A stretch of DNA of 64,000 nucleotides from contig JBAXNW010000004.1 of NCBI GenBank assembly GCA_037133555.1, forward strand, positions 13,176 through 77,175, written 5' to 3'. The notes below the pieces were generated by a model, which was given only the letters and a program-made list of their open reading frames with translations, was not told the origin of the DNA and made no database searches. Both the position numbers and the translations under genes were made by a program. Positions 53,422-63,813 of this stretch are shown here, one piece after another. Positions within the stretch are counted from its first letter, which is position 1; the number at the start of each line of letters is the position of its first letter. The stretch comes from Bacteroidota bacterium. Its GTDB lineage: Bacteria; Bacteroidota; Bacteroidia; Bacteroidales; JACABE01.

Positions 53422-54123
53422 CTAATAAAGTCCTTTTACAATAGGTTTTGCTGCAATAAAATCTTTTAAATAAAAAGGTTCAAAATAGGCTGAATCTTCA
53501 AATTCCTTTAGGCTAAATTTTTCTTCGGCAAGTTGCACCATGTTAACGGCCGAAAGTTGGATGTTTTCAATAAAATGGGCATTGGCATGATTCGACAAAA
53601 CTTCTTTACACTTTTGAGAACCATTCCCAAAAAAATATACAGTTTGTTGGTTTAAATAAACAAGATATATATTTTCATCCACAATATCAGCCTGTACATT
53701 GCGGATCTGATGAAGATTTGCATCATAAAAAGCACTGTATACTTCCATTCTACGGGCATCTATCATGGGGCAAAATAAAGTATTTGCTTTATTGATTGAA
53801 TGACTTTCCAGCACACCATTCGTCATAGCTAATAAAGTATCAATGGATATAAGTGGAATCTTCAGCCCATAACTTAATCCTTTAGCAGAAGAAACACCTA
53901 TTCTCAAACCTGTATATGAACCAGGGCCTTTGCTTACAGCCACAGCGTCTAAATCTTTAGGTGACTTCCCGGCTTCTTTCAATACTTCATCAATAAACAC
54001 AGCTACATTAGCCGAGTGAGAATTACCTTGATTGGTTTCTCGAAGTGAAATCAAATGGCCGTTAAAAGCTAAGGCCACAGAACAAACTTCTGTAGCCGTT
54101 TCTATCAATATTATCAATCCCAT
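53422..54123 (-). CDS. tsaB: tRNA t6A37 biosynthesis protein TsaB
   Basis: Blocks: ILIETATEVCSVAL, AVAVSKGPGSYTGLRIGVS. Length 233 aa. Confidence 0.88.
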   Translation of the reverse strand: MGLIILIETATEVCSVALAFNGHLISLRETNQGNSHSANVAVFIDEVLKEAGKSPKDLDAVAVSKGPGSYTGLRIGVSSAKGLSYGLKIPLISIDTLLAMTNGVLESHSINKANTLFCPMIDARRMEVYSAFYDANLHQIRNVQADIVDENIYLVYLNQQTVYFFGNGSQKCKEVLSNHANAHFIENIQLSAVNMVQLAEEKFSLKEFEDSAYFEPFYLKDFIAAKPIVKGLY

Positions 54124-54132
54124 TAATTTGCT

Positions 54133-55515
54133 TTATTTGCTTTTTTCAGTTTTGCTTTCAAACATTTTCGATTTCTCAACTTTTTTTACAGTCGCTTTGT
54201 TCTTGAGGGTTTTTGTAACTGCCGTATAAGGTCCGGCAATGATTTCATCATTTTCTTTAAGCCCTTCTAGGATTTCGATATAGTTATTATCCTGAATACC
54301 ACATTTAACCTTTTGTATTACAGCCATACCATTTTTATAGAGGAACACATATTCTACGACTTCTTGTACGGTTGTTTTCTTACTGCTTGCTTTTTGGTCC
54401 TCATTTTCATCTGTCGCTGCTTTTTTAGCAAATAATGATTTCTTACCTGTTGTATCTTCACGGGTAGTAACAGATTGAATAGGAATCGTCAATATGTTGA
54501 TGGCACTTTTTGTTTGAATTTCTACGGTTGCCGACATGCCTGGCCTGAATGGACTGATATTTGGTTTATCTGCCTTCATCAAATCCTGATAGGAAGATTG
54601 CAAAATTCTGATTTTTACATTAAAGTTGGTAACCTGATCTGCACTTACACCGGTTGTATTGGCCGAATTGGCTATCTGAGTTACCAGTCCTTTAAATTTA
54701 CGATTCAGATAAGCATCTACTTCAATCAATGCAGTATCCCCTAATTTCACCCTCACGATATCATTTTCGTTGACATCCACATTTACTTCCATATTGTTGA
54801 GATTGGCAATACGCATAATTTCGGTACCGCTCGAAAATTGTGATGCACCGGTAACTCTTTCGCCCACTTCCACACTGAGTTTCGATATGGTTCCACTATT
54901 GGGAGCATAAATAGAAGTGCGGCTCAGATTTTCTTTCGATTGTTTTAAGGCTGCTTCGGAACTACTTACGTTGAATTTTGCTGCTTCCACATTTTGTTCG
55001 GCAGCTTCTACCTGAGCTTTGGCTACATCAAAGGCAGCTTTGGCTGCATCAAAATCAGCTGCAGAAATGGTTTGTTGTTTGAAAAGTTTATCATTGCGAT
55101 CGAAGGTTATGCGGGTATTGTTGTATTGAGCTTTTACCTGAGAAAGATTTGCTTTGGCATTTGCCAATCCTGCTTTTTGGCCATTGAGCATCGCCAGACT
55201 TTGTTCATAGGAAGATTTGTAAATTTCGGGGTCAATATCTGCCAGCAATTGTCCTTGCTTAACCTCATCCCCTTCTTTGACCATAAGCTTAACTACTTCT
55301 CCCGAAATAAAGGGGCTGATTTTAATTTCAACTTCAGGTTTTATTTTTCCGCTGGCAGAAACCGATTCGGTAATGTTTCTCTTAGTAACTTTTTCTGTAA
55401 AAACTTCCATCACTGCATCTCCACCGATCCATCCGCTTTTTTTAGCGATAAGTAAAAAAACAATGATGAGGATGCCTATAGCGATAGATAATCTGATAAT
55501 ATTTTTCTTTTTCAT
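54133..55515 (-). CDS. Efflux periplasmic adaptor (HlyD/MacA family)
   Basis: N-terminal TM. Lipoyl-like block: SGEVVKLMVKEGDEVKQGQLLADID. Long alpha-hairpin. Block: IYAPNSGTISKLSVEVGE. Confidence 0.9.
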   Translation of the reverse strand: MKKKNIIRLSIAIGILIIVFLLIAKKSGWIGGDAVMEVFTEKVTKRNITESVSASGKIKPEVEIKISPFISGEVVKLMVKEGDEVKQGQLLADIDPEIYKSSYEQSLAMLNGQKAGLANAKANLSQVKAQYNNTRITFDRNDKLFKQQTISAADFDAAKAAFDVAKAQVEAAEQNVEAAKFNVSSSEAALKQSKENLSRTSIYAPNSGTISKLSVEVGERVTGASQFSSGTEIMRIANLNNMEVNVDVNENDIVRVKLGDTALIEVDAYLNRKFKGLVTQIANSANTTGVSADQVTNFNVKIRILQSSYQDLMKADKPNISPFRPGMSATVEIQTKSAINILTIPIQSVTTREDTTGKKSLFAKKAATDENEDQKASSKKTTVQEVVEYVFLYKNGMAVIQKVKCGIQDNNYIEILEGLKENDEIIAGPYTAVTKTLKNKATVKKVEKSKMFESKTEKSK

Positions 55516-55565
55516 GGTGAAAAAATTATGTGTATTTAGTTTTTTATTTGCCTTATTGAATTGTT

Positions 55566-56909
55566 TTATTTTGATAATGTAACAGGATTGCCCTGATAAA
55601 AGTCGAGTATCACTTTCTTGAAAATGAAATTATATTTTGATCTCAACAAATCTGATTTTGCTTTAATCAATTTGTTCTTTGCATCATTGTAATCAACAGA
55701 ATTCATCATTCCAACATCAAATTTCTGTTGAGTATAGTTAAACGCTTCCTGGAATGAGGTTACCGCTTTGAAAGAAGCATGGTAGCTTTTTAAAGCACCT
55801 TGTGCATCCGCATAAGCTTGCTCAATACTTTTTTGCAATTGATTCTTAGCTGTTTGCAAATTATAATCAGCATTTAAGGTATTTAGTTTTGCTTTACCAA
55901 TGGATGCATTTACCCGAAAACCATTAAAAATAGGGAAATTGAGCGAAAAATTTAATGATTTGCTTAAATTCCTGTCAAATTGGTCTTTAAAAGACATGAT
56001 TCTATTGTTGTTTGGATAATTATCAGGAAAATTATTGGCATAGTTACTACCAAAATATCCACCCAAGGATAAACTCGGGTATCTTTGGCTACGAGCTATT
56101 GTCAGACCACGATAAGTACTTTCGAGGCGAAATTCGGCACTTTTTATTTCAGGCATCACTCCAGCAGCATACGCAAATACCTGACTGGCAGGAATCAACG
56201 TAACCTGCGTTTCCATTTGAATATTTGGCTTTTCTATTTCGAAGTCTGAGGTTGATTTTAAATCGAGGAGTTGAGTAAGATCCAGATAAGATAGTTCTAA
56301 CTGATTTTGTGCTGCAACCAGGTTGGATTCTTCCAATGCTGCCTGGGCTTGTATATCGAGCAAATTACCCTTTGCGATGCTACCTGCTTCAAAAAGCTTA
56401 GTAGTTCTGATAATTTGCTGATCACTTATATCTACCTGATTTTGTGACACATCTACTTGTTCCTTATTAAAAAGTATTTGCAAATATGCCTGTCCGATGC
56501 GAAGAATAATGTCGTTTTTCATTTTTTCAACATCATATTTGCTGGCCATGTAATTACTTTGACTTTGGCGTATGGTATTTAATTTTTGGAAGCCATTAAA
56601 AATATCAATGGATGAATTTAAAGAAAATGAATTGGATTGTGTTTGTTGGTCAGTGTATGAGTTGGACGATGGATCAATATTTCGACCCCAATTGTAATTA
56701 TGACTTACACTTCCATTAAGGTTGGGCAAAATATCCAATTTAGACTGCAATACACTTATTTTGTCTGATTCTGCAGCTAATTGGCTTTGTTTCACCTGTA
56801 TATTGTTATCGAGTGCATATTTGATACAATCTTCCAATGTCCATTTTTTTTGGGCTTGAATATTGAAAACAAAGAGCAGTAGGATGAACAGTAAGAATAA
56901 TTTTTTCAT
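55566..56909 (-). CDS. TolC-family outer-membrane efflux channel
   Basis: Signal peptide. Block: WTLEDCIKYALDNNIQVKQ. Two TolC repeats. Lies directly upstream of the adaptor gene on the same strand. Confidence 0.9.
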   Translation of the reverse strand: MKKLFLLFILLLFVFNIQAQKKWTLEDCIKYALDNNIQVKQSQLAAESDKISVLQSKLDILPNLNGSVSHNYNWGRNIDPSSNSYTDQQTQSNSFSLNSSIDIFNGFQKLNTIRQSQSNYMASKYDVEKMKNDIILRIGQAYLQILFNKEQVDVSQNQVDISDQQIIRTTKLFEAGSIAKGNLLDIQAQAALEESNLVAAQNQLELSYLDLTQLLDLKSTSDFEIEKPNIQMETQVTLIPASQVFAYAAGVMPEIKSAEFRLESTYRGLTIARSQRYPSLSLGGYFGSNYANNFPDNYPNNNRIMSFKDQFDRNLSKSLNFSLNFPIFNGFRVNASIGKAKLNTLNADYNLQTAKNQLQKSIEQAYADAQGALKSYHASFKAVTSFQEAFNYTQQKFDVGMMNSVDYNDAKNKLIKAKSDLLRSKYNFIFKKVILDFYQGNPVTLSK

Positions 56910-57047
56910 CTATTATAAATGTATATGTTTCTGTTTAAACAATTTATCAAAACAGATCCGTTAATAAATAAGGTATCAAAAGTAGTTATAAAACTTCGTT
57001 TTTAAATAATAATTGTATTTTATTTTATGTTTTTTCGCCCAAAGGCT

Positions 57048-57055
57048 TATTTTTG
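57048..57055 (+). promoter_or_regulatory. -7 promoter motif for the M1 peptidase
   Basis: TATTTTTG, 31 nt upstream of ATG 57087. Confidence 0.45.
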
Positions 57056-57086
57056 CAGTTGAATTATCCATTTTAAGAGTTGAACC

Positions 57087-59447
57087 ATGCGAAATTTTAT
57101 TGTTTTCCCATTCCTTATTCTTTCCTTTTTTTTATTCAATTCCTATTCTCAAACCTCATCTCCCAAAGCATTGGTAAGCGATTCTATAGATGTGCTGCAT
57201 TATGATATCCACATCGATGTAGCCCATAAATTTTCAAATCAATTGTCTGGTTTTACTGAAGTTAAATTGTGTCCAAAATTGAATTACCTCCACAATATTA
57301 CATTGGAATTATTGTATCTTACTATTGATTCTGTTAGCATCAACAATGCAAGCAATGCATTCTCCTATATCAATAACAAAATTTACATCCCTCTGGCAGT
57401 GGCTGCCAATTTAAGTGATACGCTGAATGTTAAAGTATTTTATCGTGGCACACCTCATTTAGAAACATCTGGCTGGGGGGGATTTCATATCAGTTCAGGA
57501 CTTTCATACAATTTAGGCATTTCATTTGGTGATAATCCCCACAATTACGGAAAGTGCTTCTTCCCTTGCATAGATGATTTTTTAGACCGGGCTTTTTATG
57601 ATTATTACATTACAGTAGACTCCACAAAATATGCAGTCTGCGGTGGAACCTTGATGAATACATTAATCAATGGCGATGGAAGTAAAACTTTCCACTGGAA
57701 ATTTAACAATAGCATTCCTTCTTACCTTGCTTCGGTTGCAGTATATAATTATGTAGCTGTGAGCGGAATTTTCCAGGGAAAGCATGCCAATATCCCCACA
57801 GCTGTTTATGTGCAGCCTGCTGATACAGCCAAAGCAAGAGCTTCTTTCATTCACCTAAACAATATTTTAAAAGCTTTTGAGCATTATTGGGGTCCTTACC
57901 GCTGGGAAAGAGTCGGCTATGTTGCTACTACAGAAGGTGCGATGGAACATGCTACCAATATTGCATATCCTTCTACTTCAATCGACGGTACCCTTAAAGA
58001 TGAATGGATGCTGGCTCATGAACTTTCGCACCATTGGTTTGGCAATCTAATTACCTGTAGAACGGCCGAAGACATGTGGATTAACGAAGGCTGGGCTACT
58101 TTTAATGAGGCTCTTTACAAAGAAGAATTATACGGGAAAAAAGCCTATAAAGATTATCTGCGTAATAAGCTAAAACAGGTATTGCAGTTTTGCGATAAAA
58201 AAGACGCCGGATACAGAGCATTATATGGCATACCTACAAATTATACATATGGAGAAACTGTTTACCAGAAAGGAAGTTGTGTAGTACAGAGTTTACGAGG
58301 CTATCTGGGTGATAGTCTGTTTTTTGGAGGTGTTAAACAAATGTTGAATCAATTTGCCTATCATGATATTTCCACTTCAGGCATGCGTGATTTTTTGAGC
58401 AATCATACAGGGGTAAATCTCAGTGATTTTTTCAACTTTCATGTTTACAATCCAGGGTTTACACATTTTTCCATCGACAGTGTAATTAACTTCTCCTGTC
58501 CTGCTAATCATTTTGTTTATATTCGTCAGAAATTAAAAGGAGCTTTTTCTTTTGCCAATTCCAATGTATTGGAAATTACATTTATGAACAATAACTGGGA
58601 TAAATATACCGATACGATTCATTTTAATGGAGAATTTGGAATGAAAGCTTTTCAAATGCCATTTGTTCCGACTATTGCAATGCTTGATATGGAAGAAAAA
58701 CTGGCCGATGCTACTACCGATAGTTACGAGATCGTGAAAAATACAGGCATAGTGGATTATCCATCCAGCTTTTTTCAGTTAGACGTGCAACAAATCAGCG
58801 ATTCAGCATTGGTTCGTGTTGTAAATAATTGGGTAAAACCTGATACACTGAAATCAATCCATCCTGAAATCAAAAGAATTAGTCCGGTCCGCTACTGGCT
58901 GGTGCAGGGGATATTCCCAAATGGATTCGATACCAAGGGGAAATTTTATTATAACTGTCAAACACCTGTGTATTTGGACCATTTAACATTATTGCCTTCC
59001 TATATGTCAACTGATTCTTTAATCCTATTGTATCGCCAGAATACTTCCGACGATTGGCACATTGTAAATTTTGTGAAGGATGACGATAGCTTTTCGGGAT
59101 ATTTGACGACAGCCCACCTTCAACAGGGCGAATATGTTCTGGGAGTTGGGAAACCTTTTCAATCGGGATTGAACGAGTTAATACCTGTCCAGCCTAAAAA
59201 CATGGAATTATTCCCCAACCCTAACGCAGGTGAATATACCCTCCGTCTTAATGATGTGAATGAAGATACATTTGCTTTTATTTATGCTCCTTCAGGGATT
59301 GTAGTAGATAGTTTTGCCATTGACAGAAAAATCCATTTAACCCATCGTTCATGCAAAGCATTGAAATCAGGCAACTATCTGGTAAAATTGAAGAACCGTG
59401 ATGGTAATATTATTGCTACAGAAAAAATGCTAGTTATTAAAGATTGA
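57087..59447 (+). CDS. Secreted M1-family zinc aminopeptidase with a T9SS type-A C-terminal sorting domain
   Basis: Zinc motif: HELSHHWFGNLIT..WINEGWATF (HExxH-18-E). C-terminus: LFPNPNAGEYTLRL..GNYLVKLKN. Confidence 0.88.
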   Translation: MRNFIVFPFLILSFFLFNSYSQTSSPKALVSDSIDVLHYDIHIDVAHKFSNQLSGFTEVKLCPKLNYLHNITLELLYLTIDSVSINNASNAFSYINNKIYIPLAVAANLSDTLNVKVFYRGTPHLETSGWGGFHISSGLSYNLGISFGDNPHNYGKCFFPCIDDFLDRAFYDYYITVDSTKYAVCGGTLMNTLINGDGSKTFHWKFNNSIPSYLASVAVYNYVAVSGIFQGKHANIPTAVYVQPADTAKARASFIHLNNILKAFEHYWGPYRWERVGYVATTEGAMEHATNIAYPSTSIDGTLKDEWMLAHELSHHWFGNLITCRTAEDMWINEGWATFNEALYKEELYGKKAYKDYLRNKLKQVLQFCDKKDAGYRALYGIPTNYTYGETVYQKGSCVVQSLRGYLGDSLFFGGVKQMLNQFAYHDISTSGMRDFLSNHTGVNLSDFFNFHVYNPGFTHFSIDSVINFSCPANHFVYIRQKLKGAFSFANSNVLEITFMNNNWDKYTDTIHFNGEFGMKAFQMPFVPTIAMLDMEEKLADATTDSYEIVKNTGIVDYPSSFFQLDVQQISDSALVRVVNNWVKPDTLKSIHPEIKRISPVRYWLVQGIFPNGFDTKGKFYYNCQTPVYLDHLTLLPSYMSTDSLILLYRQNTSDDWHIVNFVKDDDSFSGYLTTAHLQQGEYVLGVGKPFQSGLNELIPVQPKNMELFPNPNAGEYTLRLNDVNEDTFAFIYAPSGIVVDSFAIDRKIHLTHRSCKALKSGNYLVKLKNRDGNIIATEKMLVIKD

Positions 59448-59452
59448 TAGGA

Positions 59453-61261
59453 CTAAAATTTACCTCCCAACACTGCTGTTTTTTTAAAACTTTTTACATT
59501 GCCTTTATTATCAAATATTTCAATATAAATCACATAAATTCCAATGAGGGCTTTTTGATTTTTTTCATCAATTCCATTCCAACTAAAACCACCTTCGACA
59601 CCTAATAATTCATTCTTTATCAATGTCTTAATCAGCCTTCCTTTAGCATCAAAGATAATAACATTGGCAACGTATCCTGAAGTTGAAAACCGATAATTGA
59701 TATGTAAAACATCATTGAACCCATCATTATCAGGTGAAAATATCTCAGGATGAATGCTAATCGGTTCTTCAAGATAAAGAAAACTACTGTATTGTGAATT
59801 TTTATAGGTGGGTGTGGCAAAACCATGTGATTGTGCAGCTGAATGCCAGTTATTAGCATCCTGTGTAAGTTTGTCGGGATTAATTCGCTCTAAAGAAACA
59901 CCTTCAACGCTCACCAAAAGAGGAAATTGCATACTTTCGTTGTAATCAAAGCGGTCGATAACAGTAGAATCTGAAAGGGCTATTACTACGATGCCCATAT
60001 CATTGTTAAACAAAGGCATACTCGTCATTTGTTGAAAGTTCTGAGGGGCTTCAGTATAATACGACAACTTAATATTATCCGGGTCTTTGGTCAATACAAG
60101 GTATTCGCCTGAAAACAAAATTCTATACTCTGAAGCTATTGCATACATTGACTTTAATTTTTCTGAAGTAACATCATAAGTTGCTATCATCAATTGAGTC
60201 AGGTCAATGTTTTTTTGCGAACGGTTATATATTTCAACAAAATCTTCCCCATCATCTTTCGGATTAAAAAGTACTTCGTTGACGACTATATCATTGGGTG
60301 AGGCCACAACAGGAAAAGCAAAAGCATAGTTCTTGGCTATTATAATATTTGCACTCAAATCCATCACATTGGTTATCTCAAGATGACTGATTCCATTCAT
60401 TGGAAAATCCTGAGCAAACTGCAAATGCATTAATGCATTATTGCTTATTTCCTTAACGGCTGTAATCGGGTTTCCAATTCCATTGTCTACGGTATAATTC
60501 AGCGTATTTTGTGAAGTTGAAGCTTCTACTTCTTCCGAAAACAAAATATCAAGGGTTCTGATTGTCTTTGCTTGAAGAGAATTAACAGTGGGCTTTATTG
60601 TATCTGCAATGATATTTCCTACAAACACATCGTCAAAATAATACATATTGTAGCGACTGGCAGTTGCATACTGACAATAAAACCCAAAATAAGCAGTACT
60701 TTGAATGCTATTTTCAATAAATGAATTTCCTTCAGAAACAAAATTATATCCTCCTGTTTTGTCAGAAAATACTCTCCATAAGGCATTGTTATCACGACAA
60801 ACTTTAATCCTTACTTTCAATTCCGTAATACTTGTACTAAAAGAGCTACTCCCAGTGAAAATTAATGAGGAAATGCTTCCTTGTTTTTTGAAAAATTTTA
60901 TGCTATCCTGATTGCTCTGCCCAAGCTCAATATAATAAGCAGCAGCAGCAGTAAGTAGATTTGAATCACTGGCAACCAAATATATACGTGTAAGATTAGT
61001 AGAAGAAGGTGCAAACTTAAGGTCAATCAAAAAATTCCATTCGGTACTATCCAACATTGTATTCATCGTACTTAGGTATATTTTGGAAGAAGACTGAGGA
61101 CCATTGCTGTGAAGTTGTAAATTTTCAATATTAAAGCTAGTTTTATCTCCTATCCAGCATGGATTATTGGTAAAATCACCATCATTGAAGTTGTCAGTAA
61201 CTTGTGAATGAGCAAGGAATGGAAAAAAAATGAATAAAACGAATAGCTTTTTCATTTGCAT
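59453..61261 (-). CDS. Secreted lamin-tail-domain (LTD) protein with a T9SS type-B (CHU_C / gliding-associated) C-terminal domain
   Basis: Signal peptide. LTD block: VVNEVLFNPKDDGEDFVEIYN. C-terminus: IFSPDNDGFNDVLHINY..FSWNG..GIYVIYIEI. Confidence 0.8.
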   Translation of the reverse strand: MQMKKLFVLFIFFPFLAHSQVTDNFNDGDFTNNPCWIGDKTSFNIENLQLHSNGPQSSSKIYLSTMNTMLDSTEWNFLIDLKFAPSSTNLTRIYLVASDSNLLTAAAAYYIELGQSNQDSIKFFKKQGSISSLIFTGSSSFSTSITELKVRIKVCRDNNALWRVFSDKTGGYNFVSEGNSFIENSIQSTAYFGFYCQYATASRYNMYYFDDVFVGNIIADTIKPTVNSLQAKTIRTLDILFSEEVEASTSQNTLNYTVDNGIGNPITAVKEISNNALMHLQFAQDFPMNGISHLEITNVMDLSANIIIAKNYAFAFPVVASPNDIVVNEVLFNPKDDGEDFVEIYNRSQKNIDLTQLMIATYDVTSEKLKSMYAIASEYRILFSGEYLVLTKDPDNIKLSYYTEAPQNFQQMTSMPLFNNDMGIVVIALSDSTVIDRFDYNESMQFPLLVSVEGVSLERINPDKLTQDANNWHSAAQSHGFATPTYKNSQYSSFLYLEEPISIHPEIFSPDNDGFNDVLHINYRFSTSGYVANVIIFDAKGRLIKTLIKNELLGVEGGFSWNGIDEKNQKALIGIYVIYIEIFDNKGNVKSFKKTAVLGGKF

Positions 61262-61399
61262 AAGTCTTAGTCAATATTCAAACAGACAATTTTGGAGAAC
61301 TATCGGCATTTTAAAGAGGTGAAGCGCTGACTCAAACTCCAATAAGCAAATCTACACAATATTTTATGTAAAATCTCTTTATTAATAAAAAATATTTCG

Positions 61400-61407
61400 T
61401 AGGTTTG
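61400..61407 (+). promoter_or_regulatory. -7 promoter motif for asd
   Basis: TAGGTTTG, 25 nt upstream of ATG 61433. Confidence 0.45.
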
Positions 61408-61432
61408 AAGTCATTTTTAAAAAATTAAATCA

Positions 61433-62425
61433 ATGAAAATTGCAATTGTTGGCGTTACTGGTTTGGTTGGCAGTATTATGCTTAAAGTATTGGAAGAGAG
61501 AGAATTTAATAAAGCAGAACTTTTAGCAGTAGCTTCCCCAGCTTCGGTGGGTAAAAAGATAATATTTCTGAACAAAGCATATACTGTGATTTCTGTTGAA
61601 GATGCGATCTTACAAAAGCCAGATATTGCTATTTTTTCTGCCGGTTCAGATACATCCTTACAATATGCTCCTCAATTCGCAGAAATGGGTTGCTTTGTCA
61701 TTGATAATTCTTCAGCCTGGCGAATGAATGCTGAAGTTCCATTAGTGGTTCCCGAAATCAATGCGAATGCCATTACCCCAACAAGCAGAATTATTGCCAA
61801 TCCCAACTGTTCGACCATACAAATGGTAATGGCCCTGGCTCCATTACATAAGATCTATTCAATCAACAGATTGGTCATTTCAACTTATCAATCTGTAACA
61901 GGTACCGGAGTGAAAGCCGTGAGACAACTTGAAAACGAAACCAAAGGCATACCCACTGAAATGGCTTATCCTTATGCTATTCACAGAAATCTTTTCCCTC
62001 ACGGAGGCAGTTTTTTAGCAAATGGCTACACATCCGAAGAACAGAAACTTGTAGAAGAAACTCGCAAGATTCTGGAAGATGATAGCCTTAGAATTACAGC
62101 TACCGTAGTAAGAGTTCCAGTAACAGGTGGGCATTCCATTGCAGTAAACGTAGAATTCGAACATGACTTTATGTTGGAAAACGTGAGAAAATTACTCGCT
62201 GAGATGCCTGGAATAATGGTATTAGATGAAGTTAAAAAAAACATTTATCCTATGCCCTTACTTTCAGAAGGCAAAGATGAAGTATTGGTAGGCAGAATCC
62301 GCCGCGACGAATCCAACCCCAAAACCCTGAATTTATGGATAGTGGCCGACAATCTCCGTAAAGGCGCTGCTACCAATGCTGTTCAAATTGCACAGTATTT
62401 GATTGAAAAAGGAATGGTAAAATAA
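61433..62425 (+). CDS. asd: Aspartate-semialdehyde dehydrogenase
   Basis: Blocks: MKIAIVGVTGLVG, active site IANPNCSTIQ, VRVPVTGGHS. Confidence 0.95.
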   Translation: MKIAIVGVTGLVGSIMLKVLEEREFNKAELLAVASPASVGKKIIFLNKAYTVISVEDAILQKPDIAIFSAGSDTSLQYAPQFAEMGCFVIDNSSAWRMNAEVPLVVPEINANAITPTSRIIANPNCSTIQMVMALAPLHKIYSINRLVISTYQSVTGTGVKAVRQLENETKGIPTEMAYPYAIHRNLFPHGGSFLANGYTSEEQKLVEETRKILEDDSLRITATVVRVPVTGGHSIAVNVEFEHDFMLENVRKLLAEMPGIMVLDEVKKNIYPMPLLSEGKDEVLVGRIRRDESNPKTLNLWIVADNLRKGAATNAVQIAQYLIEKGMVK

Positions 62426-62439
62426 ACAACTATTGGATA

Positions 62440-63813
62440 TTACTCTTTTATAAACTTTAACATCCGTTTACCTTTATTCGTAGTCAAAGTAATAAAATAC
62501 ATACCTTTTGCCAAACAACTGACATCAATCTTCTCTATCGTATTCATTGAGCTATGAATAGAAAGGAATCCTTTGGAATCGAATATATCAATACAATCAA
62601 TACTTTCATTTTTAGATTGAAGTTTTAATTTTAAAAAATCTGCTACAGGATTGGGAAAGACTAGTAGTCCTTTATTATTTTCATTTTCTTGAATATAATT
62701 GGCATCAGGCACCTTCACCAACAAACTAAAAACAGGGCTGTCGTCTATCCCATCATTAACCTTTACTGCAACATAGATACTGTCTTCATCATTATGGATG
62801 GGTGTAATGATATTTCCATTCAAACTATAATCAGTACCACTCATCACTATTACTTTAAATCCGGCAGGATAAGTGTGATAAAAATCACTCACAAAGAGCA
62901 TATTCGGAACGATTGCAAGTGAAGAAAAGAATGAAATACTGATTGGAATCTGTCCGGTAATGATAGGTGGAGGAACAGTATCCTCACTGTAGGCCCTGAA
63001 ATAGTCAATATTATAATACGATGGAAAAAGGGAAGTATTGTCAGGTATACCATCAAGGGTTCCAACTTCACAAGTAAATATGGCATTCATATTCACGTGA
63101 GGAATATGCCTCGATCGTGTGATTCTTGTATAAAAGTCTTCTATAACTTCGTTATTGTTCACATACCAGGTTAATTCATTCTGTTTCCATTTCACGCCAA
63201 AAGTATATTCTTTTTGGGAGAAAGTAGAATCGATACTATAGGTATGATAAATACTCTGCCGACTGTTGCTGATGGTGTCCAGGTCTTTCCAGTGCAAGGT
63301 CATTTGGGCATTATTGGAGGTGCTTCCCTGAATTTCAAACACATCTATTTCACAGGCTTCAGGACCATATAACCAAAAACCTGCATTGAGTCCTTTGTTA
63401 GCAGGAATTTTAACTTTGCTCTCAAAATAGCCGTATTTAAAATTACGGTTTGAATAAATCATGCCTGAAGTATAATCAAAATGTTTATAGTAAGGAATAT
63501 AATTCCCCAGACTGTCCCAGCTCATGACAAAGCCTGTTAAGCTATCGTCATCGGTTTTAATTGCAAGATGGGATCCGTCAAAAACAAAATTTTGCCCGTT
63601 GGTGTTGTAATGCAGGCCATGCGTCCATCTTCCCCAGGGAAATTGATTGCTCCATTTCTGAGCATTCAGTCCCAGCGAATCAAACTCATCGGCAAAGACA
63701 AGCCTCCAGTTGACTTTGTAAGCTTTATCCACAGCATTGCCTTGAGCATGAATTCCATTCGTAATAGATATAAAAATGAAACCAATGCAAAGAAATTGGA
63801 GGAGTTTTTTCAT
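62440..63813 (-). CDS. Secreted GH16-family glycoside hydrolase with a T9SS type-A C-terminal sorting domain
   Basis: Catalytic motif: EIDVFE. Signal peptide starts at MKKLLQFLCIGF. C-terminus: VFPNPVADFLKLKL..GMYFITLTT. Confidence 0.85.
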   Translation of the reverse strand: MKKLLQFLCIGFIFISITNGIHAQGNAVDKAYKVNWRLVFADEFDSLGLNAQKWSNQFPWGRWTHGLHYNTNGQNFVFDGSHLAIKTDDDSLTGFVMSWDSLGNYIPYYKHFDYTSGMIYSNRNFKYGYFESKVKIPANKGLNAGFWLYGPEACEIDVFEIQGSTSNNAQMTLHWKDLDTISNSRQSIYHTYSIDSTFSQKEYTFGVKWKQNELTWYVNNNEVIEDFYTRITRSRHIPHVNMNAIFTCEVGTLDGIPDNTSLFPSYYNIDYFRAYSEDTVPPPIITGQIPISISFFSSLAIVPNMLFVSDFYHTYPAGFKVIVMSGTDYSLNGNIITPIHNDEDSIYVAVKVNDGIDDSPVFSLLVKVPDANYIQENENNKGLLVFPNPVADFLKLKLQSKNESIDCIDIFDSKGFLSIHSSMNTIEKIDVSCLAKGMYFITLTTNKGKRMLKFIKE

